Both the position numbers and the translations under genes were made by a program. From Candidatus Algichlamydia australiensis (lineage in GTDB: Bacteria; Chlamydiota; Chlamydiia; Chlamydiales; JAJFMI01), in NCBI GenBank assembly GCA_033977065.1, contig JAXCHI010000001.1, positions 2,337 to 66,336 on the forward strand: 64,000 nt of DNA, written 5' to 3'. Below the pieces are notes generated by a model that had not been told where the DNA came from, ran no database searches, and was given only the letters and a program-made list of their open reading frames with translations. Positions 1 to 10,015 of the stretch are shown here, in pieces. Numbering within the stretch: the stretch's first letter is position 1; every line of letters starts with the position of its first letter.

Positions 1-493
1 GATATATCCACTTTCGTTTTTCTGGCTCGACTTCCACATTCAACTCTCTTGTGATCACTGCCTCATACTCCCCTGCTTCACTGCATTTGACTATGTTGGG
101 CTGAGATGAAATCTCCTGAGTCTCCTCTTTTATTATTCCTACTTCTTGTTTGGGCTTCTCTACTATATTCGCCCCGGAAGATATAAAAATTTCATCCTCA
201 GAAAAGGTTTCTCTTTTTTGACCTGTAGAGCTCAATTGGGCCACTTCTTGATTCTTTGATGATTCTTCGTAAGAGAAGGTCTTTCCTTTGTCCCATGAAG
301 GCAATAAGTCATCTCTTGAAACAAGTGATTCTTCTTCTGAAAGAAGTCCTTGCAATTGGGAAATAAGGTTGCTTTTTTCCCGTTTTGCAACTTTTGCGGC
401 TTCTTTTTTCGATTTTTTCATTAGTTTTGATTGACTTGAGCTTGCCACTAAAGAACTCAACAATAATGTCGATAACAAGATTACTGCTCTCAT
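1..493 (-). CDS. traN: Probable TraN mating-pair stabilisation protein, N-terminal part (runs off window start)
   Basis: Not in the ORF track. Its ATG (491-493) overlaps the traU stop (ATGA). The frame is open to base 1: MRAVILLSTLLLSSLVASSSQSK..., a signal-peptide-like start. The product call rests mainly on position after traU. Confidence 0.6.
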   Translation of the reverse strand, partial: MRAVILLSTLLLSSLVASSSQSKLMKKSKKEAAKVAKREKSNLISQLQGLLSEEESLVSRDDLLPSWDKGKTFSYEESSKNQEVAQLSSTGQKRETFSEDEIFISSGANIVEKPKQEVGIIKEETQEISSQPNIVKCSEAGEYEAVITRELNVEVEPEKRKWIY

Positions 494-1506
494 GGTGTAG
501 CCCCTGATGTGAGAGCTTTCATTGCTGGTTTAATAGCATCGAGACAACAGTGTCTCTTTCTCCAGATAAGATATGTAAAATCTTCTCCTCCGTAAGGGTA
601 AGTTTTCCCTGTTCCCCAAAAAATATCGCTTTTGCCTAATGGGATACAGTCACCACTTGTTTGGGGAATGGGCTTGATTAACTGCATTTTATAAGCGGTT
701 TTTTTAAGCAGCAGTGGGTGCTCAGGCTGGCAAAATTCATTCTCTTCAAATACACCAAGTACTCTAAGAGAGTGCAGCTTTGCTAGAGCTCTTTGTACGA
801 TAAGGGCACTGGCTTGTATGCCTCCTATGTGGTTTGAGATGTGACCCGTGAGTGGATATAAAGACCCATAACATCCCCCACACCAAAAGAGCTTGTCTTG
901 TGGTTTGTTCATATTCGCTGCTAAGCAATCGGTTATACAAGCCGTTTGGGCTAGAGGATTAGCAAAAAGGAGATTCTGTGGAGCTAAAATATTTGCCCAT
1001 TGATCATCATTCCAAAAGGGATCAAATTCAGACATGTACTTTAACTCTATGCTCCCTTTTTCCAAGCAAGAGAATTTAGAAAAGATATCTACCATTCCCA
1101 TAATCGGAAATTTGTAAAAGTGGACATTGTAAAAGCTTGTTCTTCCTGTCTCCCCCACGTGGGAAATACCCCCATGTTTATTTGGACCCGGTTTTATTAG
1201 GTAAAAATCTCCAAATAGGGAAAGTTTGTAGGGGGTACGCGTAACCTCGATAATATATAGTGGCTCCCAAAACGTGATCGGTATTCCTCCTTTGGGAGGT
1301 GTTCCTTTGCAAAAGCAGAGAGGGTGTGTTGAAGAGGAATAATCTAGATGGCCTGGAGTAACATTTACTCCTGCTACTTGCATAGGGAAAATGCAGCTCC
1401 AGCATACGTCTGTAAATGGATTAAAGACCTTCGAATTACTCTGGCCTGAGAAGAGGTGGGCGACCCACCCCAATCCAATAATGATTAGAAAGAATGTCTT
1501 TTTCAA
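490..1506 (-). CDS. traU: F-type conjugal pilus assembly protein TraU
   Basis: NPFTDVCWSCIFP, CFC...ITFWEP, YMSEFDPFW and WRKRHCC motifs; Cys-rich; signal peptide. Confidence 0.93.
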   Translation of the reverse strand: MKKTFFLIIIGLGWVAHLFSGQSNSKVFNPFTDVCWSCIFPMQVAGVNVTPGHLDYSSSTHPLCFCKGTPPKGGIPITFWEPLYIIEVTRTPYKLSLFGDFYLIKPGPNKHGGISHVGETGRTSFYNVHFYKFPIMGMVDIFSKFSCLEKGSIELKYMSEFDPFWNDDQWANILAPQNLLFANPLAQTACITDCLAANMNKPQDKLFWCGGCYGSLYPLTGHISNHIGGIQASALIVQRALAKLHSLRVLGVFEENEFCQPEHPLLLKKTAYKMQLIKPIPQTSGDCIPLGKSDIFWGTGKTYPYGGEDFTYLIWRKRHCCLDAIKPAMKALTSGATP

Positions 1507-1570
1507 GGTACTTAAAAGCAGGCCTCAAAACGCTCTTTTTCAAATAGCGCAGAGGTCTAGTTAATTGGAG

Positions 1571-2134
1571 TCAGTGTAAAATGTCTTTTGTCGCGATTTT
1601 CTTATATATTCGCTCGTACTTCCTTGATGTTGACGATGTATCTCCTTCAAGAGCGAAGCATTCAACTACATAACGCATATTTGTGGCGCCTTTCATAACA
1701 TCAAAGCGTCTCCCGTCATCTACCACAAAGGCGGGAGCCCTTTGTACATCGTATTTTTTGAAGGCTCTTGGATCAACAACGATAGGAGAGACCAACCCTG
1801 CTTCTTTTAACTCCCGAGTTTTTGCAACAAATTCCTCTACAGAGTTGCTTGGAAAGCCTCTGATAACAAACACTCCACCCATTCGTTGGAGGTCTGCATC
1901 GTATTTCAACCAATCACTAACGGGCACTGAAAATGAGTTCAGTATTAGAAACTTCGGTGCTGTATTGTAGGTCTCAAGCACTTGTTCTGTTGAGGTACAC
2001 CGACTAAGCTCCCAGCTGATCTCTTCATGACTTGATTCCAAAATCTTTTCTGAGTTTTTGATGATCTCTTTTAAATCATCTTCACCTCTTAAAGACCCTA
2101 ATCCCAAAAGAAAAAGCGCTACGTGTTTTTTCAT
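1571..2134 (-). CDS. trbC: F-type pilus assembly protein TrbC
   Basis: SFSVP...GGVFVIRGF...VDPRAFKKYDVQRAPAFVV; lies between traW and traU. Confidence 0.88.
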   Translation of the reverse strand: MKKHVALFLLGLGSLRGEDDLKEIIKNSEKILESSHEEISWELSRCTSTEQVLETYNTAPKFLILNSFSVPVSDWLKYDADLQRMGGVFVIRGFPSNSVEEFVAKTRELKEAGLVSPIVVDPRAFKKYDVQRAPAFVVDDGRRFDVMKGATNMRYVVECFALEGDTSSTSRKYERIYKKIATKDILH

Positions 2135-2724
2135 TTTGATCCTCCATTAATTGGTACTTCCTCAACCCTCAGTACATTTCCTTCTTGTCTTACAATTGAA
2201 GGAACCTTCTTGATCTGGAATCGCTTACTGCAAATGCCATTTTGATCTGCAAAAAATCGTACTCTATTTTTCCTAATCAATGGCATTGGATCTCCCTTAA
2301 TCAGGATCATTTTGGTGTTTTTACCTTGTGCTAAGGCCCACTCAACTTGCTTTGGATCTGTTCCATCCAAGAAAATAAGCTCTGTTGCCAGTAAAAGTGA
2401 GTTTAAGGGATTGATTTTGGTCCCTTTTTTAATGATTGTAGCGTTGTTTGCATCTTTGATGTCTTCGGTTATTGTATGATCCACTTCAACAGTAAAGCTT
2501 CTTTTTTCTTCTGCTGTTGAAATTCCAGCTACTCCTTCCATGTTTGCATGATAGAGGTCTTTACTCTCTAAACTAATAGAGTTTTCTTCCCCTAGTATTC
2601 CTTCTGGGTAGGAAAGTAGACCGACTTCTGCTAGAGGATAGTATTTTCCGCTTGAGCTGAAGTGTTCTCCTTGTAATTGAGTCATAGAAATCATCATCAG
2701 AACCCCTGTCACGTATTTTTTCAT
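2131..2724 (-). CDS. traW: F-type pilus assembly protein TraW
   Basis: G..YPLAE, DIKD.N..II.KKG.KINPL, LIFLDG.D..QV.WA and FFADQNG...I..VPS.V motifs. Confidence 0.88.
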   Translation of the reverse strand: MKKYVTGVLMMISMTQLQGEHFSSSGKYYPLAEVGLLSYPEGILGEENSISLESKDLYHANMEGVAGISTAEEKRSFTVEVDHTITEDIKDANNATIIKKGTKINPLNSLLLATELIFLDGTDPKQVEWALAQGKNTKMILIKGDPMPLIRKNRVRFFADQNGICSKRFQIKKVPSIVRQEGNVLRVEEVPINGGSK

Positions 2725-2794
2725 ATTTCTCTCCCTGCTATCTTATAGACAATGTTCTCTAAGGTGTTTTTGTACAGGCGAATAAAAAGAAAGT

Positions 2795-2838
2795 GTTTAT
2801 CTCGCTGATTATAAAAAGTTAAACTCAGCGAGATAAAC
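2795..2838. terminator. Perfect 14-bp inverted repeat (GTTTATCTCGCTGA-N16-TCAGCGAGATAAAC) downstream of yhcG
   Basis: Arms at 2795-2808 and 2825-2838, seen directly. The terminator or RNA-stability role is inferred. Confidence 0.45.
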
Positions 2839-2888
2839 TCGATTTTGTACTTTTTTCGCTTTCTTTTTAAAGCAAACGAATTGCTTTC

Positions 2889-3950
2889 TCATACATTTAC
2901 CTCTTTGCTATCTTTTAATTCGCTCTGGATCTCTTCTATCGTAGGTAATGTCCCCTTAAGATTTTCTGGTAATGAGTCCACTATTTGAGCCTCGTAACCA
3001 GATACTCCTATTGGCTTATTCAAATCACGTAAAGCGTACTCTACGGTAAAGTTTTTCTTTGTCTTGCAAAGAATCATTCCAATGCTTGGTCTATCCTCTG
3101 GATGTCGAACAAGATCATCAATAGCCGATAGGTAAAAATTCATTTTTCCAGCATGCTCAGGTTTGAATTCTTGTGCTTTAAGATCGATGACACAGTAACA
3201 TCTCAGCTTTAGATGATAAAAAAGAAGATCTATATAATAGTCTTTATCATCGACTCGAAGATGAAATTGTCTTCCAACAAACGCAAATCCAGTACCCAAC
3301 TCCACTAAAAATTTTTGAATATGAGTTAATAATCCTTCTTCTAATTCCCTCTCCTCAAATTCTTTACGAAGAGTAAGAAAGTCGAAACAATAGGGGTCTT
3401 TTAGAGTTTGTTCAGCTAATCCCGACTGTGAAGATGGAAGTGTGTGTTTGAAGTTTGTTACAGCTCCTCCCTGCCTAAGATGGAGTTTAGAAGCCGTGTT
3501 GTTTAGTAACTCTTTTCTACTCCACCCGTTTTCAATTGTTTTATTTACATACCACAGTCTCTCTTCACTTGACTTTAACCTCTGTATTATCAATATGTTA
3601 TGACCCCATGGAATTTGGCCAACAGCTTGTTGGCTAAATTCCATATCTGGATAAGCTTCAGCAAACTGAACCATATACTTGATATTTGTTAACGAAAATC
3701 CTTTCATGCTTGGAAAAGCATTTTTTAAATCCTTCGCTAACTTTTCTGTTACTTTTGCACCCCATTTCTCTTTGGCTTGCTTTTCTGATAAGCTTTTTCC
3801 TATGTCCCAATAAAGCTTAATTAATTCAGAATTGACAGCTATAGCAGCTTTGAGCTGCGCACTGCTTACTTTTGCCTTAACTTCTTTTAGTAAGCCTATA
3901 TATCCTTCTGGCAAATCTCTTACACTGCTGCTTTCTATCTCTAATGCCAT
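2889..3950 (-). CDS. YhcG/DUF1016 family PD-(D/E)XK nuclease-like protein
   Basis: AVNSELIKLYWDIG, IPWGHN, KDPY.FDFL, ELGTGFAFVGRQ, YIDLLFYHLKLRCY and GKMNFYLSA motifs. Confidence 0.93.
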   Translation of the reverse strand: MALEIESSSVRDLPEGYIGLLKEVKAKVSSAQLKAAIAVNSELIKLYWDIGKSLSEKQAKEKWGAKVTEKLAKDLKNAFPSMKGFSLTNIKYMVQFAEAYPDMEFSQQAVGQIPWGHNILIIQRLKSSEERLWYVNKTIENGWSRKELLNNTASKLHLRQGGAVTNFKHTLPSSQSGLAEQTLKDPYCFDFLTLRKEFEERELEEGLLTHIQKFLVELGTGFAFVGRQFHLRVDDKDYYIDLLFYHLKLRCYCVIDLKAQEFKPEHAGKMNFYLSAIDDLVRHPEDRPSIGMILCKTKKNFTVEYALRDLNKPIGVSGYEAQIVDSLPENLKGTLPTIEEIQSELKDSKEVNV

Positions 3951-4136
3951 TACTTTTTTGACTCCTCTCTACTAGAAACCACTTTTTCCTAAGCAGAAAT
4001 TATTTCACCTACTTGTAATTAGCCAACAGCTTGTTGGCCAATTACATCAGATTGATTACCAAATATTTGCGCCATTAATTTCAAAAATAAACTCTTCAAA
4101 TATGAGCTCCCAAAACTCCAAAATATTTGGCAAGAT

Positions 4137-6692
4137 TTAACTTAACAATCTCTTTACCGATTCTTTTATGCCATATCCTTTCTTTTCCATCTCTTTGAGG
4201 TTCTTTTTTTGTTGTAAAATCCAATCAATTGCCTCTTCTGTTCTCATTCCTTTTTCTTGGAGTTCCAAAACCGCTTGAAACTCTTGAGCCTTTGTTGAGT
4301 AAAGCATTCCAGAAAAAGGATCCAGCTTTAGCTGGCAAACTGTTTGAAATCCCGATCCTTTATGGTAAATAAAGACTTCTGAATACTTGCTATCTTCTTT
4401 TTTAAGAGAACGAAGTACCCTTTCTTTGTATTCATCCATAGGAATGAGGTTTTCTTTTTTTAAGGCGTTAATTGACTCATCATCTTTACCCAGCATTAGA
4501 AGCCAGTTTGAGTTTTGGAATGCTGCTCGAGCTCCTGGCGACCGATGAAAGTCTTTGATGCCTTGTGTTCCGATTACGAGCGCTCCGTTATATTTACGAA
4601 GCCTTCTAGCTAAGGATTCGATGAACCCTTCCATTTGAGGGCTTTTTAGGAGATCCCATGCTTCGTCTATACAGATGAGGCTTCTTTTCTCGCGATCCCC
4701 CATGAAAATCTGATTCGATATGTGTAGTGTGAAGATCTGCAACACTACAGCTTGTAGGTCGGGCATTGTTTTGAGCTCTTCGGTCTCAATAACAACTAAA
4801 TCTTTTGCAAAGTCTGCTGGCTTTGTTCCATAGAAGTAGTGACTATAAGTTCCTTTACGGGTGTATTTTTTGAGCCCTTCAATTAGGCTCTCTTTTACGC
4901 CGAGCATCAGCTCTGAATCAAATGAGACTTGATTCAGAAGATCAATGAGATCATCAACACAAGCTTTTGAGCCTTTGCTCTCCCATACTTTTCTTACTAG
5001 GGAAGAAAGGAGGTCGGATCTCTCTTTATCAATTTTCTGAGAGGGCATTGCCATTGTTGCTACAATTGAAGAGACCATCTCAATTGCTATGTTTGTACTC
5101 TCAATGTTCCCATTGCTTTTGATGAGGTGAAACGGATTTAGATTTAGGCCGCTTCCTCCGGAGAAGTTCAGGTGCTGTCCATCCACAAGGTGGCAAAGCT
5201 TTTCAAAGCTTCGTCCTAAATCCAAAACAAAGACTCTGCCTCCAGTACCTAGGTGGCTCATGATCATCTCTTGCATGAAGACTGATTTTCCCGATCCTGA
5301 GGGACCGATAACTATGGAATTGAGGTTCCCTTCTACTTCAAAAGGATCCCATGTGCATATCTGCCCTCTGCGTCCAAAAAGAAACATCCCTTCTGTTGTG
5401 TTTCCCCACCACTCCCCTATTATGGGAATAAATCGGCTCGCTTCCATTGTAAGAGTTGTGCGAACACATCGAGTTCTCTTGATTTCATTTAGGTTATGGG
5501 ATGTCTCTCCCCAGGTCATGGGAAGGGAGGAGAGAAGATCAGGAAGATGGAGGTAGTGATTTTGCTCTAATCGAATTCCATACTTGCGAAAGAGTGATAG
5601 GAGTGTAGATTCTGAGCGAATTAGCTGGTTTTGTGTCGCAAAGAGGCCTACGTTAAGTCTTGTCTCTATAAACTTTTCTCCTTCCATCAACTCTTTTCTT
5701 ACAAACTGATTTTCGGAAACCTCTTTACTTAGGCTTGGTATCATTCGATAGAGGGCACCAAACTTAGACTGGTGGTCTGTCAGCTTGGACTTGGCGGCAA
5801 ATCGGGCTTCCTTTTTTTCTTGATTGGGGAAGTAGATGCCATAGTGAATGTAAAAAGGGGATTCTATTTGGTAGGATCTGTTGAAAAAATCCCCTATTAG
5901 TTCTCGCATTCCATTGAGGGACCATCCATCGGGATAATCTACTACCTCATAGCTGCGAAAGAGGGCGTTTTCATCAAAGCAGAGGCTGTGATTCTTTACT
6001 TCTAAAGCTCCTCCAGGAAGAGGGATTTGCTGGGATAGCAAGCGACTCTTCTGCCATTTTTTACGGCTTGTTTCTTGTGTGCTCGATGAAAAGTTCACGA
6101 TCCCCGACACAATTCGTATTAGATCTGTTGGGGCGAGATCATGAGGATCAGAAAAGCGAGAGAATGTTGCTAGAGCTTTTTTCTTTCTCTCGAGAAGTTC
6201 TTCGTAGGGCTGGGTACCTTTTTTCTTTTTGGGTAGCGCATAGGAGAAGAAAAAACGAAAGATTCTGGGAGGGACATCTCCAGCAGCTTGATCTCTTTTT
6301 AAAAACGTTTCTCGTTTCTCTGCTATTTTTTGAAAAATCCCTCCTTGTAACTCACGAGGATTTTTCCATGAGGTGACAAAGGGATCGATACGGTTATCTG
6401 CCCAAAGTAAGCATTGGATTGAGGCTCCCTCAAGGCCTATCTCCCTTATAAGAGAGGAAAGTTCCTGCTCTACGTCGGTAGTAGCTCCCACAAGGGGTGG
6501 AATTTCTAATACAAATCCAAGGCTGCTTTTGTTTTCAAAAAGCTGTTTTTCTTCGTCATAGAATTGATAGGACAAAAGATCGCTGAAAAAGTGCAGGTCT
6601 AAAGAAGCGGTTTTTTCACTTCCCATGTTGTGAAACTCCTCTTCACCCAGAATTCCACTCATCTTTGACCCTAGTCGATCAAGAATTCCCAA
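4137..6692 (-). CDS. traC: F-type VirB4-like ATPase TraC
   Basis: Walker A GPSGSGKS, Walker B IDEAWDLL, RRLRKYNG; 851 aa; operon position. Confidence 0.95.
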   Translation of the reverse strand: MGILDRLGSKMSGILGEEEFHNMGSEKTASLDLHFFSDLLSYQFYDEEKQLFENKSSLGFVLEIPPLVGATTDVEQELSSLIREIGLEGASIQCLLWADNRIDPFVTSWKNPRELQGGIFQKIAEKRETFLKRDQAAGDVPPRIFRFFFSYALPKKKKGTQPYEELLERKKKALATFSRFSDPHDLAPTDLIRIVSGIVNFSSSTQETSRKKWQKSRLLSQQIPLPGGALEVKNHSLCFDENALFRSYEVVDYPDGWSLNGMRELIGDFFNRSYQIESPFYIHYGIYFPNQEKKEARFAAKSKLTDHQSKFGALYRMIPSLSKEVSENQFVRKELMEGEKFIETRLNVGLFATQNQLIRSESTLLSLFRKYGIRLEQNHYLHLPDLLSSLPMTWGETSHNLNEIKRTRCVRTTLTMEASRFIPIIGEWWGNTTEGMFLFGRRGQICTWDPFEVEGNLNSIVIGPSGSGKSVFMQEMIMSHLGTGGRVFVLDLGRSFEKLCHLVDGQHLNFSGGSGLNLNPFHLIKSNGNIESTNIAIEMVSSIVATMAMPSQKIDKERSDLLSSLVRKVWESKGSKACVDDLIDLLNQVSFDSELMLGVKESLIEGLKKYTRKGTYSHYFYGTKPADFAKDLVVIETEELKTMPDLQAVVLQIFTLHISNQIFMGDREKRSLICIDEAWDLLKSPQMEGFIESLARRLRKYNGALVIGTQGIKDFHRSPGARAAFQNSNWLLMLGKDDESINALKKENLIPMDEYKERVLRSLKKEDSKYSEVFIYHKGSGFQTVCQLKLDPFSGMLYSTKAQEFQAVLELQEKGMRTEEAIDWILQQKKNLKEMEKKGYGIKESVKRLLS

Positions 6693-6999
6693 TCTCTTCT
6701 CCTTCCTCTTTTACTACAACAAGTTCCCCTTTTTCATCGCGAACAAGACTCAGTGTCCTTTGAGGGTAATTGGGGGTTTTCCGAGAGGGCTCTTTTGCTG
6801 CCATTTTTCTAAGATAGAGGGCTTTTTCCCTGTTTCCGGTAAATGCATCCTCTCCTTTCTCGAGTTCCACTATCATTTCAAGGATATCTCCTACTGGTGC
6901 GCAGCCGACTCCCTTTCCAGGAGGACAATCAAACCGAGATTGGTAGATATCGCACGACATAAGGAAGAGTGGAATCAGGTATAGATAGAATTTTTTCAT
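6679..6999 (-). CDS. traV: TraV lipoprotein
   Basis: Lipobox LMSC followed by FDCPPGKGVGC; directly upstream of traC. Confidence 0.85.
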   Translation of the reverse strand: MKKFYLYLIPLFLMSCDIYQSRFDCPPGKGVGCAPVGDILEMIVELEKGEDAFTGNREKALYLRKMAAKEPSRKTPNYPQRTLSLVRDEKGELVVVKEEGEEIGNS

Positions 7000-7592
7000 C
7001 TTTTCTCCTGTAGTTTTTTCTCAATCTGTTCATGTATAAATGCCAAAGTTGGCATCTCTTCAAAAATCTCTCCCTCTATCTCAATGGTGGGAACGGCATG
7101 AATTGGGGGATTTTGTTTTAAAAACTCAAAAGCTGCTTGGAATGCTAGTGTTGTTTCGAGGTATTTCAACTCTTCAAGTTTTGAAATGGGTTTTTTAAAA
7201 TACTCCATTGCCTTTTTCATAAGTTTGGGCGCTTTATGGAGCGTGCTAGGGCGCATCGCTTCAAATAGAGATTCAAAAAAGAGCCGTTTTTGTTTGCTAT
7301 CTAATCTGCTCAAGCAGTCCATTGCTTTGAGTGTAGAGAGGTCTACTGGATCTGGGTGGAAAATCCAGTAAACTTTTCCTGTATCGATGTACTCGGACTT
7401 GATTTTTGTAAATTCTTTTTGATAGAGGTCTAAGCACTTCGGACAGCTAAAACTATAGTACTCTCGGATTTTCAGTGGAGCGGTGGGGTTTCCATAGGGA
7501 ATGCAGTAGGTCTCTTCGATTCTCTCAAACCCATAACAAGAGAGCACTACCATAAGAGAACATGGGAGCAAGTAGAGGAATTTAACCACCAT
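6996..7592 (-). CDS. DsbA-like thioredoxin-fold protein
   Basis: YYSFSCPKC (CxxC) and a cis-Pro loop (HAVPT); embedded in the tra operon. Confidence 0.8.
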   Translation of the reverse strand: MVVKFLYLLPCSLMVVLSCYGFERIEETYCIPYGNPTAPLKIREYYSFSCPKCLDLYQKEFTKIKSEYIDTGKVYWIFHPDPVDLSTLKAMDCLSRLDSKQKRLFFESLFEAMRPSTLHKAPKLMKKAMEYFKKPISKLEELKYLETTLAFQAAFEFLKQNPPIHAVPTIEIEGEIFEEMPTLAFIHEQIEKKLQEKR

Positions 7593-8742
7593 ACTGCTCC
7601 TTTCTCTCTCTTTCGTATGAAAGTTTCTTTCTTAAGTCGCTCTCCCCTATTTTCACGCTTTTGGTGAAGATGATATCGACGACTCTCCCTGCTGCGATTT
7701 GGATAGCCGGCTGTAGCTGCTCTGCTCTTTTTATGTAGTATTCAGCTAGTTTCTCCATTGAGGTGCTTAAGCCCTGGAATGCGCTGTCTTGGATCATGTC
7801 AATATCCAGGATAGTCTTGTCAGCATTCACTTGAGAGAGCTTTTCAATTGTTTGGTTGTTTAGGGTAGCTTGTATGCTCTGGCTTATCCCTTGGAAAAAG
7901 GCTGCAAATCCCGCTCTTCTGATGATTTGTCCTGAACGGTCTACGACGACTCCGCGAAGTCCTTCCCTTCCATCTTCACCTGAAACGTAGGCGGTTGTTT
8001 CGGTTTCAACAAAGTTTCCGTTTTTCTCCACGAGCGTCAGACGCTCACAGCGAATATAGACTCGCTCGCTTGCAATGTCTCCAATTGCATTTCCAATGAC
8101 GACGCTTCCTTTAAGGGGCACTTTCACGTTGCGAGGGAGCTTTCCGTTATCTAAAGGGCGCAATAGGACCATATTGGGCCCTGTAGGCTTTACTCCCACG
8201 CCGCAGTCAGCACCTGATACGAGTAGAGCTTTCACTACGGTTCCTGCGGGTATTTCAAAGAGTACGTTTCTCTCTTCTTCATCACGTTCAAGATCCCAAA
8301 CGGTAAAGTTTGGCTCCAAAGGGGAGTCGCATAACGGTAAAAGAGTTGGCTTTTCCTCATGCTCCAATCTTTGCTGTTGCAGCTCTTGGACGGTTTGGAT
8401 TTGGTTTTGTAGATCTTCTGTTTCTTGAAGAAGATAATTTTTCTCATTCTGAAGAGTGAGATTCTCTTTTTTGACCTCAAGAAGGCTCTTTTCAAGTTCT
8501 TGTATTCTTTCACTAAAGATGTCTCCTAAGTTTTCTAGTTGCGCTAATCGCAAATTCTCCGAATCCACTTCTTCAGAAACGGTCGTGAATGTATTTGTAA
8601 TAGGAGATTTTTGGGACTGATCCTCTGTGTTTGTTGTGAAAAAGATCAATACTCCTAAGAGCATAAGTGTTCCCAAGATGAGAATCAGGTAGGTCTTCTT
8701 CTGCTTCTTTAGCCTTTTATCTGACGGGTTTGACTCACTCAT
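7582..8742 (-). CDS. traB: TraB (VirB10-like) pilus assembly protein
   Basis: N-terminal TM plus coiled coil; IPAGTVVKALLVSG, GDIASERVYIRCERL, DGREGLRG.VV and YYIKRAEQLQP.I.I.AGR.V motifs. Confidence 0.93.
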   Translation of the reverse strand: MSESNPSDKRLKKQKKTYLILILGTLMLLGVLIFFTTNTEDQSQKSPITNTFTTVSEEVDSENLRLAQLENLGDIFSERIQELEKSLLEVKKENLTLQNEKNYLLQETEDLQNQIQTVQELQQQRLEHEEKPTLLPLCDSPLEPNFTVWDLERDEEERNVLFEIPAGTVVKALLVSGADCGVGVKPTGPNMVLLRPLDNGKLPRNVKVPLKGSVVIGNAIGDIASERVYIRCERLTLVEKNGNFVETETTAYVSGEDGREGLRGVVVDRSGQIIRRAGFAAFFQGISQSIQATLNNQTIEKLSQVNADKTILDIDMIQDSAFQGLSTSMEKLAEYYIKRAEQLQPAIQIAAGRVVDIIFTKSVKIGESDLRKKLSYERERKEQYGG

Positions 8743-9448
8743 GGAAGCTCTCCTTCGGTGTGCAAATCAGGCAGAGGGTTTTTCCTCCTCTACCATTGAG
8801 GTCGGGATTGGTTAGAAACACCCATGAATCTCTTGCAGATTTTAATGTTGTAGTCTCTAGATGGAATTTCTGTTTGCTAACGTTATGAATTTCATAAGCG
8901 ATGATTTGTTCATAGGCTCCTTCTAGGGCATAGAGTGTTTTTGCATGTAAAGGTTTGGGCAGGTTGAGGGTATCTTGGGATGTGGCTTCTCTTCTTCCGT
9001 AGCCTGTAGGGGTCTCTCCTAAGATGATGGCGCTCAGCAGGTCTACTGTTATAGTTTGAAAGTCGATCGTATTTGGGATAAATGCCTCTTCTTCATCTGC
9101 AGGATTTTCTCTGATTTTTATATGCTCCCCTCCCCCGTCTCGAGAGATGATCAAAAAATCTTGTACATAGCCTGAGCTTGTTACGATTGTGATCGTTTTA
9201 GGGGTTTTTTCAATTCTACTTTCGAGATTGATAAAAGCTTGGCCCGTTGTTCCATCTAGGCTTATGGAGAATGTTGTGCTATCCCCAAAGACTTTGGCGA
9301 CACTCCCCTCTTCTACTCCGATTCGATTGTGAGAATCGTGAGAAAAAAGTACTTCCATTGGCTCTTTTTCGTTTATATTGCACTCTACATACCCATGTAA
9401 GCTTGTAGAAAAGCTGTATAAGAATAGTAAAAGGGTGTACTTTTTCAT
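8735..9448 (-). CDS. traK: TraK (F-type secretin-like)
   Basis: Signal peptide, HNRIGV motif, position between traE and traB. Confidence 0.8.
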   Translation of the reverse strand: MKKYTLLLFLYSFSTSLHGYVECNINEKEPMEVLFSHDSHNRIGVEEGSVAKVFGDSTTFSISLDGTTGQAFINLESRIEKTPKTITIVTSSGYVQDFLIISRDGGGEHIKIRENPADEEEAFIPNTIDFQTITVDLLSAIILGETPTGYGRREATSQDTLNLPKPLHAKTLYALEGAYEQIIAYEIHNVSKQKFHLETTTLKSARDSWVFLTNPDLNGRGGKTLCLICTPKESFHE

Positions 9449-10012
9449 CTAGATTTTCTCCTTTGTTAGCGAAGCAAGGTAGACTCTCCCGTCCTTACAG
9501 GAAAACTGTAGGGTGTATTTTCTTTTCTCTTGCTGAATACAGACAGGCTCGTCTCCCTCTTTTCCTATGAAAACAAGGACCTCTCCTTCTGTAACATAGG
9601 TGTTGTTGACTGCATTAGCTGTGCTGTTTGCAGGCCTAAAGTAGAAGGATTGGTTCTGTGCTGTAATGCTTTTTTTCTCGTTTTGTAGTTGTCTACGGAT
9701 TTCGTGGTAGCTCTCGGGGCGTGTATGCTCTAAAATCGCACTGTTTTTTTGCTCTATGTCTACTGGAGAGCGATTGAATAGTAGATCTGAAATATAGGTT
9801 CCCATTTTGTAGAGATAAGCTTCTGATGCTTGGTTGGCTTCAAGCCACATAGAAGTTCCTGTTGTTGGCACAATGACAAGCCTCTCCTTTTTCGAAAATA
9901 GGAGAAGGCTTAGTGAAAGCACGCAAAGGCCCAATACCAGAGAAAAGAAGAGGAGAATATTCCTCTGGCAAATGAGCCTTTTTATGCTTGAGTGGTAGTA
10001 TTCTTTTTCCAT
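9449..10012 (-). CDS. traE: TraE pilus assembly protein
   Basis: N-terminal TM, then ERLVIVPT...ASEAYL and Q.FYF motifs; position after traL. Confidence 0.88.
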   Translation of the reverse strand: MEKEYYHSSIKRLICQRNILLFFSLVLGLCVLSLSLLLFSKKERLVIVPTTGTSMWLEANQASEAYLYKMGTYISDLLFNRSPVDIEQKNSAILEHTRPESYHEIRRQLQNEKKSITAQNQSFYFRPANSTANAVNNTYVTEGEVLVFIGKEGDEPVCIQQEKRKYTLQFSCKDGRVYLASLTKEKI

Positions 10013-10015
10013 TTT

